64,000 nt of DNA from an uncultured Tateyamaria sp. Lineage in GTDB: Bacteria; Pseudomonadota; Alphaproteobacteria; Rhodobacterales; Rhodobacteraceae. The stretch spans positions 9,925 through 73,924 of the forward strand of contig CANMVD010000009.1 in assembly GCA_947501275.1 (NCBI GenBank), in the 5' to 3' direction. How positions within the stretch are numbered: position 1 is the first letter of the stretch; each line of letters opens with the position of its first letter. Positions 1 through 9,338 of the stretch are shown here, piece after piece. Position numbers and translations under genes: made by a program. The notes under the pieces were generated by a model. That model ran no database searches and was not told the origin of the DNA. It saw only the letters and a list, made by a program, of their open reading frames with translations.

Positions 1-88
1 TCGTGAAAACCGCCGCCAACAAGACGGCGAGATACTTGCGAAACTTGGGCTCGTCTGCGGTGGAGCTGGTACTGTCCGGTCCGGTCAT
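1..88 (-). CDS. 5' fragment of a membrane-anchored protein downstream of the MBOAT gene (possible AlgJ/DltD/SGNH-like partner); runs off the window
   Basis: ATG at 88 on the minus strand reads MTGPDSTSSTADEPKFRKYLAVLLAAVFT with no stop before base 1; starts 12 nt after the MBOAT stop; hydrophobic stretch begins. Partner identity inferred from context only. Confidence 0.5.
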   Translation of the reverse strand, partial: MTGPDSTSSTADEPKFRKYLAVLLAAVFT

Positions 89-100
89 GGGGGGCGCCTT

Positions 101-1660
101 TCAGAACTGGAAATACAGGAATTCGCTGATGGTGCTGGCATAGATCAGCGACAGTGCGAACGTCACGATGGCCAGGCAGGCATGGATTGGACGGGGGGCC
201 CATTGCAGAACGCGCAACCGTGGCGGTGGCACGTGCTTGTAAATGCGTTGATGGGTGTCATCACCTGACAGGAAGATCTGCGCCGTATTGGGCAGTGCAA
301 AGGCAAGCACAACAGCGATCCCAATGACCGGCACACCTTGCAGCGCCCACTCTCCGATACCCATTACGCTGTCATGCGCATAGATCAGACCAACCTTGGG
401 AACGATATTGCCCAGCTCAGCGGCGTAACCCGTTGGAATCGTAAAGCCGCCAATACCCAGCATGGCCCCCACAATTTCGAGCGCGCCCTGCAAAGTGGTT
501 GCGCGAAAAAAGACCCAGCTGAACACGACTGCAAAGAATGTCAGCACCCAGCCGCCGCACAACAACACCGTTTTTCCGACTCGGCTTTGGATGGGTGCGG
601 TCAGGCGGCGCAGAGCGTGATTAATGATCAAGTAGATCCCGTGCAACGCACCCCATACAATAAAGCCAAACCCAGCGCCATGCCACAAACCACCCAGCAG
701 CATCGTTAGCAGCAGGTTGATGTAACGGCGCGACGGTCCTCTGCGGTTGCCCCCCAATGGGATGTAAAGGTAATCGCGCAGGAACTGTGAAAGCGTGATG
801 TGCCAGCGCCGCCAAAATTCGATGATCGACCACGCTTTGTATGGCGAAAAGAAGTTGATCGGCAGGCGGATGCCAAACAGCAGGGCAAGGCCGATGGCCA
901 TGTCGGAATAGCCTGAGAAATCGAAGTATATCTGGAAGGTGTAGGCAATCGCGGCGCCCCATGCCTCGATCGATGACACATCAGCGCCCATATCTGCCGC
1001 CGCAAAGATTGGGCTCGCAAATGGCGCAAGGTTGTCCGCCAGAACAACCTTTTTGAACAGACCCGCAATAAAGATGCTCAACCCCAGTGCAAAATCACGC
1101 GCACGCGGGCCGGAGGACGCAAAAAACTGGGGCATCATATCACGGTGATGCACAATGGGACCCGCGATGAGTTGTGGGAAGAAGCTGACAAAAAGTGCGT
1201 AGTTCACCAGAGTGTAGCGATCAGATTTGCCCTGCCTGACGTCCACCAAGTAGGCGATCTGTTGAAAGGTGAAAAACGAGATCCCGATCGGTAGGATTAC
1301 CCCCAACGGCGTGATTGCCGCGCCGCTGATAGCGCCAAGGTTTTCGAGGAAAAAGTCGGCATATTTGAAGAAACCCAGCAACGCCAGATTACCCGCAATC
1401 CCAATAACCATCCAGCTTCGCGCGCTGTTCGGATGATCTGCTTCGGCGTTGGCAGCAATACGGCGACCCAACCAGAAATTTGCGACGACAGAGAGCAAAA
1501 TCAGCGGCACAAACCGAATATCCCACCACGCATAAAAGCCAAATGAGGACAGGGCCAGTACGGCATTGCTCCAGCCCGGCAGAATGCGCCGTGTTGCTGC
1601 ATGCAACAGCCAAACTGCTGGCAGAAAGGCGAACATGAAGACATAGGAGTTAAACAGCAT
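101..1660 (-). CDS. MBOAT family O-acyltransferase (AlgI/DltB-like)
   Basis: 519 aa polytopic protein; MLFNS start, LPIGISFFTFQ, FFPQLIAGPI, YFDFSGYSDMA, FWRRWHITLS, GLWHGA (catalytic His). Confidence 0.95.
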   Translation of the reverse strand: MLFNSYVFMFAFLPAVWLLHAATRRILPGWSNAVLALSSFGFYAWWDIRFVPLILLSVVANFWLGRRIAANAEADHPNSARSWMVIGIAGNLALLGFFKYADFFLENLGAISGAAITPLGVILPIGISFFTFQQIAYLVDVRQGKSDRYTLVNYALFVSFFPQLIAGPIVHHRDMMPQFFASSGPRARDFALGLSIFIAGLFKKVVLADNLAPFASPIFAAADMGADVSSIEAWGAAIAYTFQIYFDFSGYSDMAIGLALLFGIRLPINFFSPYKAWSIIEFWRRWHITLSQFLRDYLYIPLGGNRRGPSRRYINLLLTMLLGGLWHGAGFGFIVWGALHGIYLIINHALRRLTAPIQSRVGKTVLLCGGWVLTFFAVVFSWVFFRATTLQGALEIVGAMLGIGGFTIPTGYAAELGNIVPKVGLIYAHDSVMGIGEWALQGVPVIGIAVVLAFALPNTAQIFLSGDDTHQRIYKHVPPPRLRVLQWAPRPIHACLAIVTFALSLIYASTISEFLYFQF

Positions 1661-1952
1661 CGGTTGGCCTTGGGGAATTTGGTGAGGAAATCAATTTTGC
1701 TTCGATGCTGGAAATCTGTACGGACAGCCAATTTCGTATAGCAGACGCGGGCGTGTCGCAACGAATTCTCCGTTGCCGGGCCGATTGGCTAGGTCGCGTG
1801 CCTTGTTGGTCCTGTCTTCTGGCGTAACGTGGCCGTCGCATTTAGCGGCGCGCTTTTCTCATTGAAACAACGAGGCCTGCACATGCACTTCGAGAAGTTG
1901 TGCATTTCGATCAGTAGCAACCGCACCGGGACATGGGTCAATCAAACCGGGT

Positions 1953-1985
1953 AAAAAAAGGGCCCCGCAAAGCGGAGCCCGTTTT
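1953..1985 (-). terminator. Rho-independent terminator of the beta-oxidation operon
   Basis: Minus strand GGGCTCCGC-TTT-GCGGGGCCC followed by T7, just after the stop at 2003. Confidence 0.85.
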
Positions 1986-2002
1986 CGTCAGTTGTTCCGA
2001 GT

Positions 2003-4201
2003 TCAGGCTGCTGCGGCGTCTTTGGGGCCGAAGCGTCCGTAGAAGGTTTGGCCTTTTTCGGCCATTTCGCGCAGCAAGGCGGGGCATTTGAAACGCGCGC
2101 CATATTGCGCTTCCAATTGGTCGCACCGTTCGGCGGCGTAGGGTGCGCCGATAATGTCGAGCCATGACAACGGCCCACCAGACCATGGCGCAAAGCCCCA
2201 GCCCAAAATCGCGCCCACGTCGCCTTCGCGGATGTCCATCAGCACGCCTTCTTCCAGCGCACGGACCGCTTCGAGGACTTGCGAGAACAACAAACGGTGC
2301 TGGACTTCGACGACCTCGGGTTGTTCGTCCATCAACGGGTACTTGTCGTGCACGCCACGCCAGATGCCCTGGCGTTTGCCCTTGTCGTCATAGTCATAAA
2401 AGCCGGCATTGGCTTTGCGGCCCATGCGCCCTTCGGCTTCGAGCCAGAAGATCAGATCGTCCGATGGGCTGTCGGGATAGTCGTCACCCATCGCCGCCTT
2501 GGTGGCGCGGGCAATCTTGGCGCCCAGATCAATGGCCGTCTCGTCTGTCAGTTGCAGCGGACCCAATGGCATGCCGACCAGTTTGGCGGCGTTTTCGATC
2601 AGGGCGGGTTCTACCCCTTCGGTGACCATGCGCGTGCCTTCGTTGATGTAGGGGATGATGCAGCGGTTGGCATAGAAGAACCGTGCATCGTTGACCACAA
2701 TCGGTGTTTTGCGGATCTGGCGGACATAATCGAGCGCCTTGGCCACCGCCCGATCGCCGGTGTTGGCGCCTTTGATGATCTCGACCAACAGCATTTTCTC
2801 GACGGGCGAGAAAAAGTGGATACCGATGAACTGATCCTGATTTTTGGAGGCCTTGGCCAATTCAGAGATTGGCAAGGTCGAGGTGTTGGAGGCAAAGATG
2901 CAATCGTCAGGAATGATCGCTTCGACCTTTTGCGTGATCTCGGCCTTGACCTTGGGGTCTTCGAACACGGCTTCGATGATCAGATCGCAACCTTTCAGAG
3001 CGTCCAGATCAGGCGTCGCTGTAATGCGGGCCATCAATGCGTCGCCCTTTTCCTGCGTGGTCTTGCCGCGTTTAATGCCGCCTTCAACATATTTGGCGGT
3101 GTAAGCCTTGCCCTTGTCCGCGCTTTCCTGATCGCGGTCGATCAGCACAACTTCGATCCCGGCCTGAGCAGAAACGAGTGCAATCCCAGCCCCCATCAGA
3201 CCCGCGCCGAGCACGCCAAGTTTCTTGACCCGTTGATCCGCGACACCGTCCGGGCGCACTGCGCCTTTCTCCAGTGCTTCCTTGTTCAGGAAGAGAGAGC
3301 GGATCATCGCCCCGGAAGAGGGGTTCATAAGTACGTTGGTGAACCAGCGTGCCTCGATCTTGAGGGCAGTATCGAACGGCACCAAGGCGCCTTCATAGAC
3401 AGCCGACAGTAGGGCCTTGGCGGCGGGGTAGACGCCTTGGGTCTTGCCGTTGACCATGGCTGCAGCACCCACAAATGTCATGAAGCCAGCAGGGTGGTAG
3501 GGGGCACCGCCGGGCATTTTGTAGCCCTTGGCATCCCATGGTTTGAGGATATCGGCATCAGTCGCCTTGAGCACCCATGCGCGGGCGGCTGCGACGGGAT
3601 CATCAACGACTTCGTCAACCAGTGACCCTACGGCCTTGTCGGGTCCGACCATCTTGCCTTCAAGCAGGAACGGTGACGCAGCCATTGCGCCCAGCTTGCG
3701 CACGAGGCGCGTTGTGCCGCCGGCACCGGGGAAGATACCGACCATGATTTCGGGCAGGCCGACCTTGGCCTTGGGGTTGTTGGCAAGGAAAATGCGGTGC
3801 GTGGCCAAAGGCAGTTCCAGACCAATACCCGCAGCCGTGCCGGGCAGGGCGGCAGCAATTGGTTTGCCGCCCTTGTTGGTTTTGGGGTCCATGCCAGCGC
3901 GCTCGATCTTGCGCAGTAGCCCGTGCATTTTCATGGTGCCTTCGAACAGGCCCTTGGCCGGGTTGTCGCCTGCGTCTTCCTTCATTTTGGCCAGCAGGTT
4001 CAGGTCCATGCCGCCTGCAAATGTATCTTTGCCAGAGGTGATCACGATGCCTTTGACAGCGTCGTCGCCCAAAGCATCGTCCACCAGATCATTGAGGGTC
4101 TCGAGCCCTTCAAAGGACATGACGTTCATGGATTTGTCTGTCACATCCCATGTGATGGTCGCGATGCCGTCTGCATCTTTTTGCATGGTGAAATCGGTCA
4201 T
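2003..4201 (-). CDS. Fatty-acid oxidation complex alpha subunit (enoyl-CoA hydratase/3-hydroxyacyl-CoA dehydrogenase, FadB/FadJ family)
   Basis: 732 aa; crotonase domain (FAGGMDL, GLPE..GIFPGAGGT) plus HAD domain (GVLGAGLMG, EAVFE, SNTS, HFFSP). Confidence 0.95.
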   Translation of the reverse strand: MTDFTMQKDADGIATITWDVTDKSMNVMSFEGLETLNDLVDDALGDDAVKGIVITSGKDTFAGGMDLNLLAKMKEDAGDNPAKGLFEGTMKMHGLLRKIERAGMDPKTNKGGKPIAAALPGTAAGIGLELPLATHRIFLANNPKAKVGLPEIMVGIFPGAGGTTRLVRKLGAMAASPFLLEGKMVGPDKAVGSLVDEVVDDPVAAARAWVLKATDADILKPWDAKGYKMPGGAPYHPAGFMTFVGAAAMVNGKTQGVYPAAKALLSAVYEGALVPFDTALKIEARWFTNVLMNPSSGAMIRSLFLNKEALEKGAVRPDGVADQRVKKLGVLGAGLMGAGIALVSAQAGIEVVLIDRDQESADKGKAYTAKYVEGGIKRGKTTQEKGDALMARITATPDLDALKGCDLIIEAVFEDPKVKAEITQKVEAIIPDDCIFASNTSTLPISELAKASKNQDQFIGIHFFSPVEKMLLVEIIKGANTGDRAVAKALDYVRQIRKTPIVVNDARFFYANRCIIPYINEGTRMVTEGVEPALIENAAKLVGMPLGPLQLTDETAIDLGAKIARATKAAMGDDYPDSPSDDLIFWLEAEGRMGRKANAGFYDYDDKGKRQGIWRGVHDKYPLMDEQPEVVEVQHRLLFSQVLEAVRALEEGVLMDIREGDVGAILGWGFAPWSGGPLSWLDIIGAPYAAERCDQLEAQYGARFKCPALLREMAEKGQTFYGRFGPKDAAAA

Positions 4202-5139
4202 TGGATCTCTCTCTTCGTGGGAAGGGTAGGGGGCATATTTTGCGGTATGTCTTCGATGTCAGCCGGAGAATTGGCTGACCAGTTGAGGTGCCCGATGGCG
4301 CGCATCACGGTTGTGACGCGCCACAGGCCATTTTCACGGCGCAAGGTCATGGAAGCGTCCCAGGGAGGGACAACATGGGCGGACCCACGCAGGATATGCG
4401 TGGCATAGGTGCCGACCATCTGATCGCCATCGATCAACTCGGCCGTCTTGGCCTCGCGTACGATGTCGGTCACGCCATGTGTTTTGAATTCCTGAATGTA
4501 GACATCAAAGTCACGGCGCACGGCGTCTTCGGTTTCGTATGTGTCGACGCCATGGCGCGTGACGAGGTGGCAGGGCAAGCTGAGGCTGCCAAGCCATCCG
4601 TCGATGTCGCCGGACAAAAAGGCAGAGCTAATCCGATCCAGTATGTTCTGGAACAGATGCAGACGCTTGGCCTTTTCACTGACAGGATCATCAGCATGGC
4701 TTTGGCCATGGCTCTGCATGTTTTCCCAGACGGGGCTCAGGGGCCATGACTGGGCACACATTGCCGTTTCAGTGATCGCAACTTTCCAGTCTTCGCCGCC
4801 GCGATAAAGCGACATGCGTGTCAGAAACGGGGCGACATTGAATGGCGCATCAGCATCGATACAGGTCGTATGATAACCGGTGATGTGGCTGTCATTGACC
4901 ATGTGCGCAGTATCGCAAACCCGTGTCAGGCTGCGCACGTTATGGTCACGCAATGTATCTGCATAGGCCATCATGGCTTGCTGTACGTCCTCTTCTGTGC
5001 GGCACAGGGTCGTTCCGTTCACGGCGCGCGCCTCGTAAGGGCATGAGATGCCTTTGGAGAATGCCACCGGATCACGGGAAACGATTGCCGCTGTGAGGCG
5101 GTCAAGCGTGTCCTGATAGATCCGGCGCGCATCGCTCAT
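4198..5139 (-). CDS. Hypothetical protein with two tandem NTF2/SnoaL-like domains
   Basis: 313 aa; internal duplication (YQDTLDRLTAAIVSRD...WKV vs FQNILDRISSAFLSGD...WRV); ATGA overlap with the downstream gene. Fold is inferred. Confidence 0.7.
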   Translation of the reverse strand: MSDARRIYQDTLDRLTAAIVSRDPVAFSKGISCPYEARAVNGTTLCRTEEDVQQAMMAYADTLRDHNVRSLTRVCDTAHMVNDSHITGYHTTCIDADAPFNVAPFLTRMSLYRGGEDWKVAITETAMCAQSWPLSPVWENMQSHGQSHADDPVSEKAKRLHLFQNILDRISSAFLSGDIDGWLGSLSLPCHLVTRHGVDTYETEDAVRRDFDVYIQEFKTHGVTDIVREAKTAELIDGDQMVGTYATHILRGSAHVVPPWDASMTLRRENGLWRVTTVMRAIGHLNWSANSPADIEDIPQNMPPTLPTKREIQ

Positions 5140-5145
5140 GCGAAT

Positions 5146-6357
5146 TTACACCCGTTCGATGATGGTGGCGGCACCCATGCCGGACGCAATGCACAGCGTG
5201 GCAAGGCCAACTTCCTTGTCTGCGCGCTCAAGCTCATCCAGCAACGTGCCGATGATCATTGCGCCTGTCGCGCCCAGCGGGTGCCCCATGGCAATTGATC
5301 CACCATTCACGTTGACCTTGTCGTGGTCCACATCAAAGGCCTGCATAAAGCGCATCACAACAGACGCGAAGGCTTCGTTCACTTCGAACAGATCGATGTC
5401 CTTGATGTCCATCCCGTTGTCGGCAAGGATCTTTTCGGTCACCGGCACGGGGCCTGTCAGCATGATGGTCGGGTCTGTCCCGATCTTGGCGGTGGCGCGA
5501 ATACGCGCGCGTGGCTTGAGGCCCCACTTTTCACCAAATTCCTTGTTTCCGATCAACACGGCCGCAGATCCATCCACGATGCCGGAAGAGTTGCCGGCGT
5601 GGTGGATGTGGTTGATCCGCTCAAGATGCGGGTATTTCATCAACGCGACCTTATCAAAGCCGGGCATGACTTCGCCCATGGCCTGGAAAGCAGGGTTCAG
5701 GCTGCCGAGGCTTTGCATATCGGTCTGAGGACGCATGTATTCGTCATGATCCAGAATGGTCAGGCCGTTTATGTCTTTGATCTCGATCACGGATTTGGCG
5801 AAACGGCCTTCGTCCCACGCTTTTTTGGCACGTTGTTGGCTGGCAACGGCCAGTTGGTCGGCGTCATCACGAGTAAAACCGTATTCTGTTGCGATGATGT
5901 CTGCGCTGATGCCTTGGGGCACAAAATAGGAATCCATGGCGATGCTGGGGTCTGCCGCAATGGCGGCCCCGTCGCTGCCCATGGCCACACGGCCCATCAT
6001 TTCGACGCCACCTGCGATATAGGCGCTGCCTGCACCACCTTTGACTTGGTTCGCGGCCAGATTGACGGCCTCCATGCCAGACGCACAAAAGCGGTTGATC
6101 GCGAGGCCGGGGATACGTTCATCAAGATCCGAGGCCAGAACGGCCGAGCGTGCCAGACAGCCGCCCTGTTCCATGACTTGGGTCACGTTGCCCCAGATCA
6201 CATCCTCGACCGCATGACCGTCAAGATTGTTGCGCTCCTTGATGGCATTCATCGTTTGCGCGCTCAGGCGCAATGCGGTCACTTCGTGCAGGCTGCCATC
6301 TTTGCGGCCCTTGCCACGCGGTGTGCGGATGGCGTCGTAGATATACGCTTCGGTCAT
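5146..6357 (-). CDS. Acetyl-CoA C-acyltransferase (thiolase)
   Basis: 403 aa; NRFCASG, NEAF, GHPLGATG, CIASG motifs. Confidence 0.95.
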   Translation of the reverse strand: MTEAYIYDAIRTPRGKGRKDGSLHEVTALRLSAQTMNAIKERNNLDGHAVEDVIWGNVTQVMEQGGCLARSAVLASDLDERIPGLAINRFCASGMEAVNLAANQVKGGAGSAYIAGGVEMMGRVAMGSDGAAIAADPSIAMDSYFVPQGISADIIATEYGFTRDDADQLAVASQQRAKKAWDEGRFAKSVIEIKDINGLTILDHDEYMRPQTDMQSLGSLNPAFQAMGEVMPGFDKVALMKYPHLERINHIHHAGNSSGIVDGSAAVLIGNKEFGEKWGLKPRARIRATAKIGTDPTIMLTGPVPVTEKILADNGMDIKDIDLFEVNEAFASVVMRFMQAFDVDHDKVNVNGGSIAMGHPLGATGAMIIGTLLDELERADKEVGLATLCIASGMGAATIIERV

Positions 6358-6449
6358 GGTGTTGTCCTTTTTCCGGGGCGGTCGTGTGGTTTCGTTTCAG
6401 TCAAAATGGGGTGGACCGGTCGGTCTAATCAAGAGTGACGTTGCGGCGG

Positions 6450-6465
6450 TTTACGTAAACGTTAG
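6450..6465. promoter_or_regulatory. Candidate LiuR-type (MerR) operator upstream of the thiolase operon
   Basis: TTTACGTAAACGTTAG, an ACGT-N2-ACGT palindrome about 90 nt upstream of the thiolase ATG. Confidence 0.65.
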
Positions 6466-6548
6466 GGGACATCTGTTGTTTCCCAATGCCAGCCGCTGCC
6501 TTGGGCTTGGAGTGTAGACGGTTGCGGCGTGGCCAATCATAGTTTGCT

Positions 6549-6983
6549 TCATGGGCTGCAACTGCATGCATCACAGCCCGAACAAGGGCCGTCGCAGCCG
6601 CCATCACCGGCACATCCGCTGTCGGACCCGGCTGCACGCGTTCTGCCTTTGCCACATGGGAGCGCGTCAACCCCGCAACAGGTGAAGTCACACCAATCAT
6701 ACCAGCGGGACATCCTGCGTTTCCGGTTGGGCTCGTCTGCGTCTGGCTGGTGTGCTGCATGCAGATTTTGCGCCGCTGCCTTACATGCGGCAAACCGTGC
6801 GCGTATATGCGGGACCGCTGCCCACACACCCGCGCTGCGTATCTGCTCCTTGGCAAAACCAGAACAGCCAGGGCCACCATATACAACACGGTAGGCGCAG
6901 CTGAATCCCTTTCGCGGCGACAGATATCGCTGATACACCATGATGCCTGCCAGCGCTCCACTTTGTGCGAGGCGAGACAACAT
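6549..6983 (-). CDS. YidD-like (membrane protein insertion efficiency factor) domain plus Cys-rich C-terminal tail
   Basis: YQRYLSP..GFSC.....PGCS.F..E.I...G....R.RF..C YidD pattern; tail carries 10 Cys. Confidence 0.75.
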   Translation of the reverse strand: MLSRLAQSGALAGIMVYQRYLSPRKGFSCAYRVVYGGPGCSGFAKEQIRSAGVWAAVPHIRARFAACKAAAQNLHAAHQPDADEPNRKRRMSRWYDWCDFTCCGVDALPCGKGRTRAAGSDSGCAGDGGCDGPCSGCDACSCSP

Positions 6984-6986
6984 GGA

Positions 6987-7619
6987 TCAGGCGCGGTCTG
7001 CCGGGGAACCGGGCATAAGGTCATAGGGTGCTTTCCATCCGGGTGTTTCGGAAAGATTGGTCAGCCAACGGTCGATATTGGGCCAGGCCGTGCGATCGAA
7101 ACCGAAAGGCTCTGGGTAGTAAAGATACCCGCAACAGCTGAGATCGGCATTTGTAATCCCGTCCCCGACAATCCAGTCACGCCCATCAAGATGCGCGTTC
7201 AAAACAGCGTAAGCTCCTTTAAGACGGCCTTGATTGAACCCGATCACCTCTTGGGGGCGTTTGTCTTCGGGAAGGAAATTCATCAGGAATCGAGTAACGC
7301 CAGCCATGGAGCTGAGCTTGTGATTGTCCCATAGCACCCAGCGAAGAACCTCATAGCGTGCATCCCCTGCGCCGCCAAACTTGCCGGATTTGTCGCTGAT
7401 GTATTGCTGAATGACGCCGGATTGGCTGAGAGTCGTGTCACCATCAACCAGCAAAGGCGCTTCACCCATCGCGTTCATGGCACGGTACTCTTCGGTGCGT
7501 GCAGCTCCATTGAAAAAATCGACATGGACGGCCTCCCAGTCCAGACCGGACAGTTCCAGCGCCAGGGCCGCTTTGTAAGAGTTTCCGCTTTCGCCAAAGC
7601 AGTGCAATTTGATGGTCAT
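6987..7619 (-). CDS. Glutathione S-transferase family protein
   Basis: Start reassigned to ATG 7619 (MTIKLHCFGESGNSYK); NAMGEAPLL, LSQSGVI, ADLSC motifs. Confidence 0.92.
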   Translation of the reverse strand: MTIKLHCFGESGNSYKAALALELSGLDWEAVHVDFFNGAARTEEYRAMNAMGEAPLLVDGDTTLSQSGVIQQYISDKSGKFGGAGDARYEVLRWVLWDNHKLSSMAGVTRFLMNFLPEDKRPQEVIGFNQGRLKGAYAVLNAHLDGRDWIVGDGITNADLSCCGYLYYPEPFGFDRTAWPNIDRWLTNLSETPGWKAPYDLMPGSPADRA

Positions 7620-7661
7620 GGGGTTGGGCCTTTCCGTAGTCGCGTGTTGATCCGGCAGGAC

Positions 7662-7711
7662 CGGGGGTTTCACACCCCCGGACCCCCGCGAAGTTTATTT
7701 GGCAAGATGAA
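7662..7711 (+). repeat. REP-like extragenic palindrome, copy A
   Basis: GGGGGTTTCACACCCCCGGACCCCCGCGAAGTTTATTTGGCAAGATGAA; hairpin plus a tail shared with the inverted copy at 7878-7911. Confidence 0.75.
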
Positions 7712-7877
7712 TGCGGATCTGTTTACCGGGCATTAAGGTTAATCGTTCCATGCTGGAGGCGCTTGGCAGACTGAAGAGTTGAGCCATGTGCAAGGTGAAG
7801 CCCCAACGCTCCGTTTCGCAGGGTCAATCCCGATTTGAAACCGGGTGGCGGGGTGGATCTTGCGCGCTGATCCCGTC

Positions 7878-7911
7878 TTCATCTTGCCAAGTAAACTTCC
7901 CCCGGAGGGTC
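7878..7911 (-). repeat. REP-like element, copy B (inverted relative to copy A)
   Basis: Reverse complement GAAGTTTACTTGGCAAGATGAA matches 7690-7711 at 21/22 positions. Confidence 0.75.
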
Positions 7912-7941
7912 GATTGGCAAAGCACTCAGCAAATGGACACA

Positions 7942-9099
7942 TTAAAATGCCCTCGCAATCAGCTCTTTCATGATCTCGTTTGTGCCGCCGTAGATCCTTT
8001 GTACACGCGCATCGGTCCACATGCCGCCGATATCGTAGTCTTGGGTAAAGCCGTAACCACCATGCAGTTGCAGGCATTCGTCCAGAACCCACGCCTGGGT
8101 GTCTGTGGTCCAGTATTTGCACATCGCAGCCTTGTCGACGCTCAGCTCTGCGCGCAGGTGTCCGGCCATGCATTCGTCAAAAAAGGCACGGCTGACCATG
8201 GTTCTGGTCTTGGCTTCGGCCAGTTTGAAGCGGGTGTTCTGGAACTGCATGATTGGTCCGCCAAAGGCTTCGCGTTCCTTGCAGTAGGCAATCGTGCGGC
8301 TCACAGCGCCTTCCATCGCGCCAACGGCGGCGCAGGCGATGATCATCCGCTCTTGAGGCAGTTGCTGCATCAGCTGGTAAAAGCCTTGGCCTTCCTCCCC
8401 GCCCAAGATGTTTTCAGGGGCGATGTTGACGTTGTCGAAGAACAATTCGGACGTGTCTGACGCGTGCATCCCGATTTTGTCGAGGTTGCGCCCGCGTTCA
8501 AATCCGTCCGCCGCATCGGTTTCCAGCACCACCAGAGACACGCCCTTGGACCCAAGATCCGGGTCCGTTTTGGCGGCAACAATGATCAGATTGGCATGTT
8601 GACCGTTTGTGATGAAGGTTTTGGAACCCGTCAATTTGTACGCATTGCCGTCTTTGATGGCTCGCGTCTTTATCGCTTGCACATCTGACCCGGTCGAGGG
8701 TTCCGTCATGGCCAGAGCGCCGACCAACTCTCCGGTGCACAGCTTGGGCAGCCAACGGGTCTTTTGATCTTCGGTCCCGTAGGCCAGCACGTAATGTGCC
8801 ACGATGCCGGAATGGATGCCGTGCCCCCAACTGGCCAGATTGGCCCGGGCGGCTTCGATCAGGATTGCGGCCTCGTGCCCGAAATCGCCGCCAGCCCCGC
8901 CGTATTCTTCTGGAATGGAGGGGCAGAGCAGGCCCAGCTCCCCCGCTTGGGTCCAGGTCGAACGATCCATTTCGCCCTGTTTGCGCCAGCGTTCAAAATG
9001 CGGTGCCCATTCGTTTGTGATGAATTGTGCCGTCATGTCGGCGATCATCTGATGTTCTTCGGTCATCCATGTGGAGGACCCGGCAGCAATGTCTTTCAT
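7942..9099 (-). CDS. Acyl-CoA dehydrogenase family protein (long-chain-type)
   Basis: 385 aa; [44 protein letters not shown]. Confidence 0.95.
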   Translation of the reverse strand: MKDIAAGSSTWMTEEHQMIADMTAQFITNEWAPHFERWRKQGEMDRSTWTQAGELGLLCPSIPEEYGGAGGDFGHEAAILIEAARANLASWGHGIHSGIVAHYVLAYGTEDQKTRWLPKLCTGELVGALAMTEPSTGSDVQAIKTRAIKDGNAYKLTGSKTFITNGQHANLIIVAAKTDPDLGSKGVSLVVLETDAADGFERGRNLDKIGMHASDTSELFFDNVNIAPENILGGEEGQGFYQLMQQLPQERMIIACAAVGAMEGAVSRTIAYCKEREAFGGPIMQFQNTRFKLAEAKTRTMVSRAFFDECMAGHLRAELSVDKAAMCKYWTTDTQAWVLDECLQLHGGYGFTQDYDIGGMWTDARVQRIYGGTNEIMKELIARAF

Positions 9100-9124
9100 G
9101 TCTCTCCTCCCCAGAAGACGTGTA

Positions 9125-9337
9125 TCAGCGTTTGCGCGCCTCCAACTCGGAATTGAAAAGCCGCAAGCGCGCCGTCAGATTCTCCTCGTTCATCACAGAG
9201 TCGAAGTTTTCGAAAAGAAAGGACAGTGCTTCGCCCTCATCAAGTCCCGCATTGGCGGCAAACCGCTTGAGGTTGCGATAGCCATCTTCAGTCATGGCGA
9301 CAGGAAAGCGGCGGGTCAGGCGAAAACGTTTGGGCAT
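9125..9337 (-). CDS. Small hypothetical protein, possibly ribbon-helix-helix-like
   Basis: 70 aa from ATG 9337: [45 protein letters not shown]; strand-helix-helix pattern inferred. Confidence 0.6.
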   Translation of the reverse strand: MPKRFRLTRRFPVAMTEDGYRNLKRFAANAGLDEGEALSFLFENFDSVMNEENLTARLRLFNSELEARKR

Positions 9338-9338
9338 G

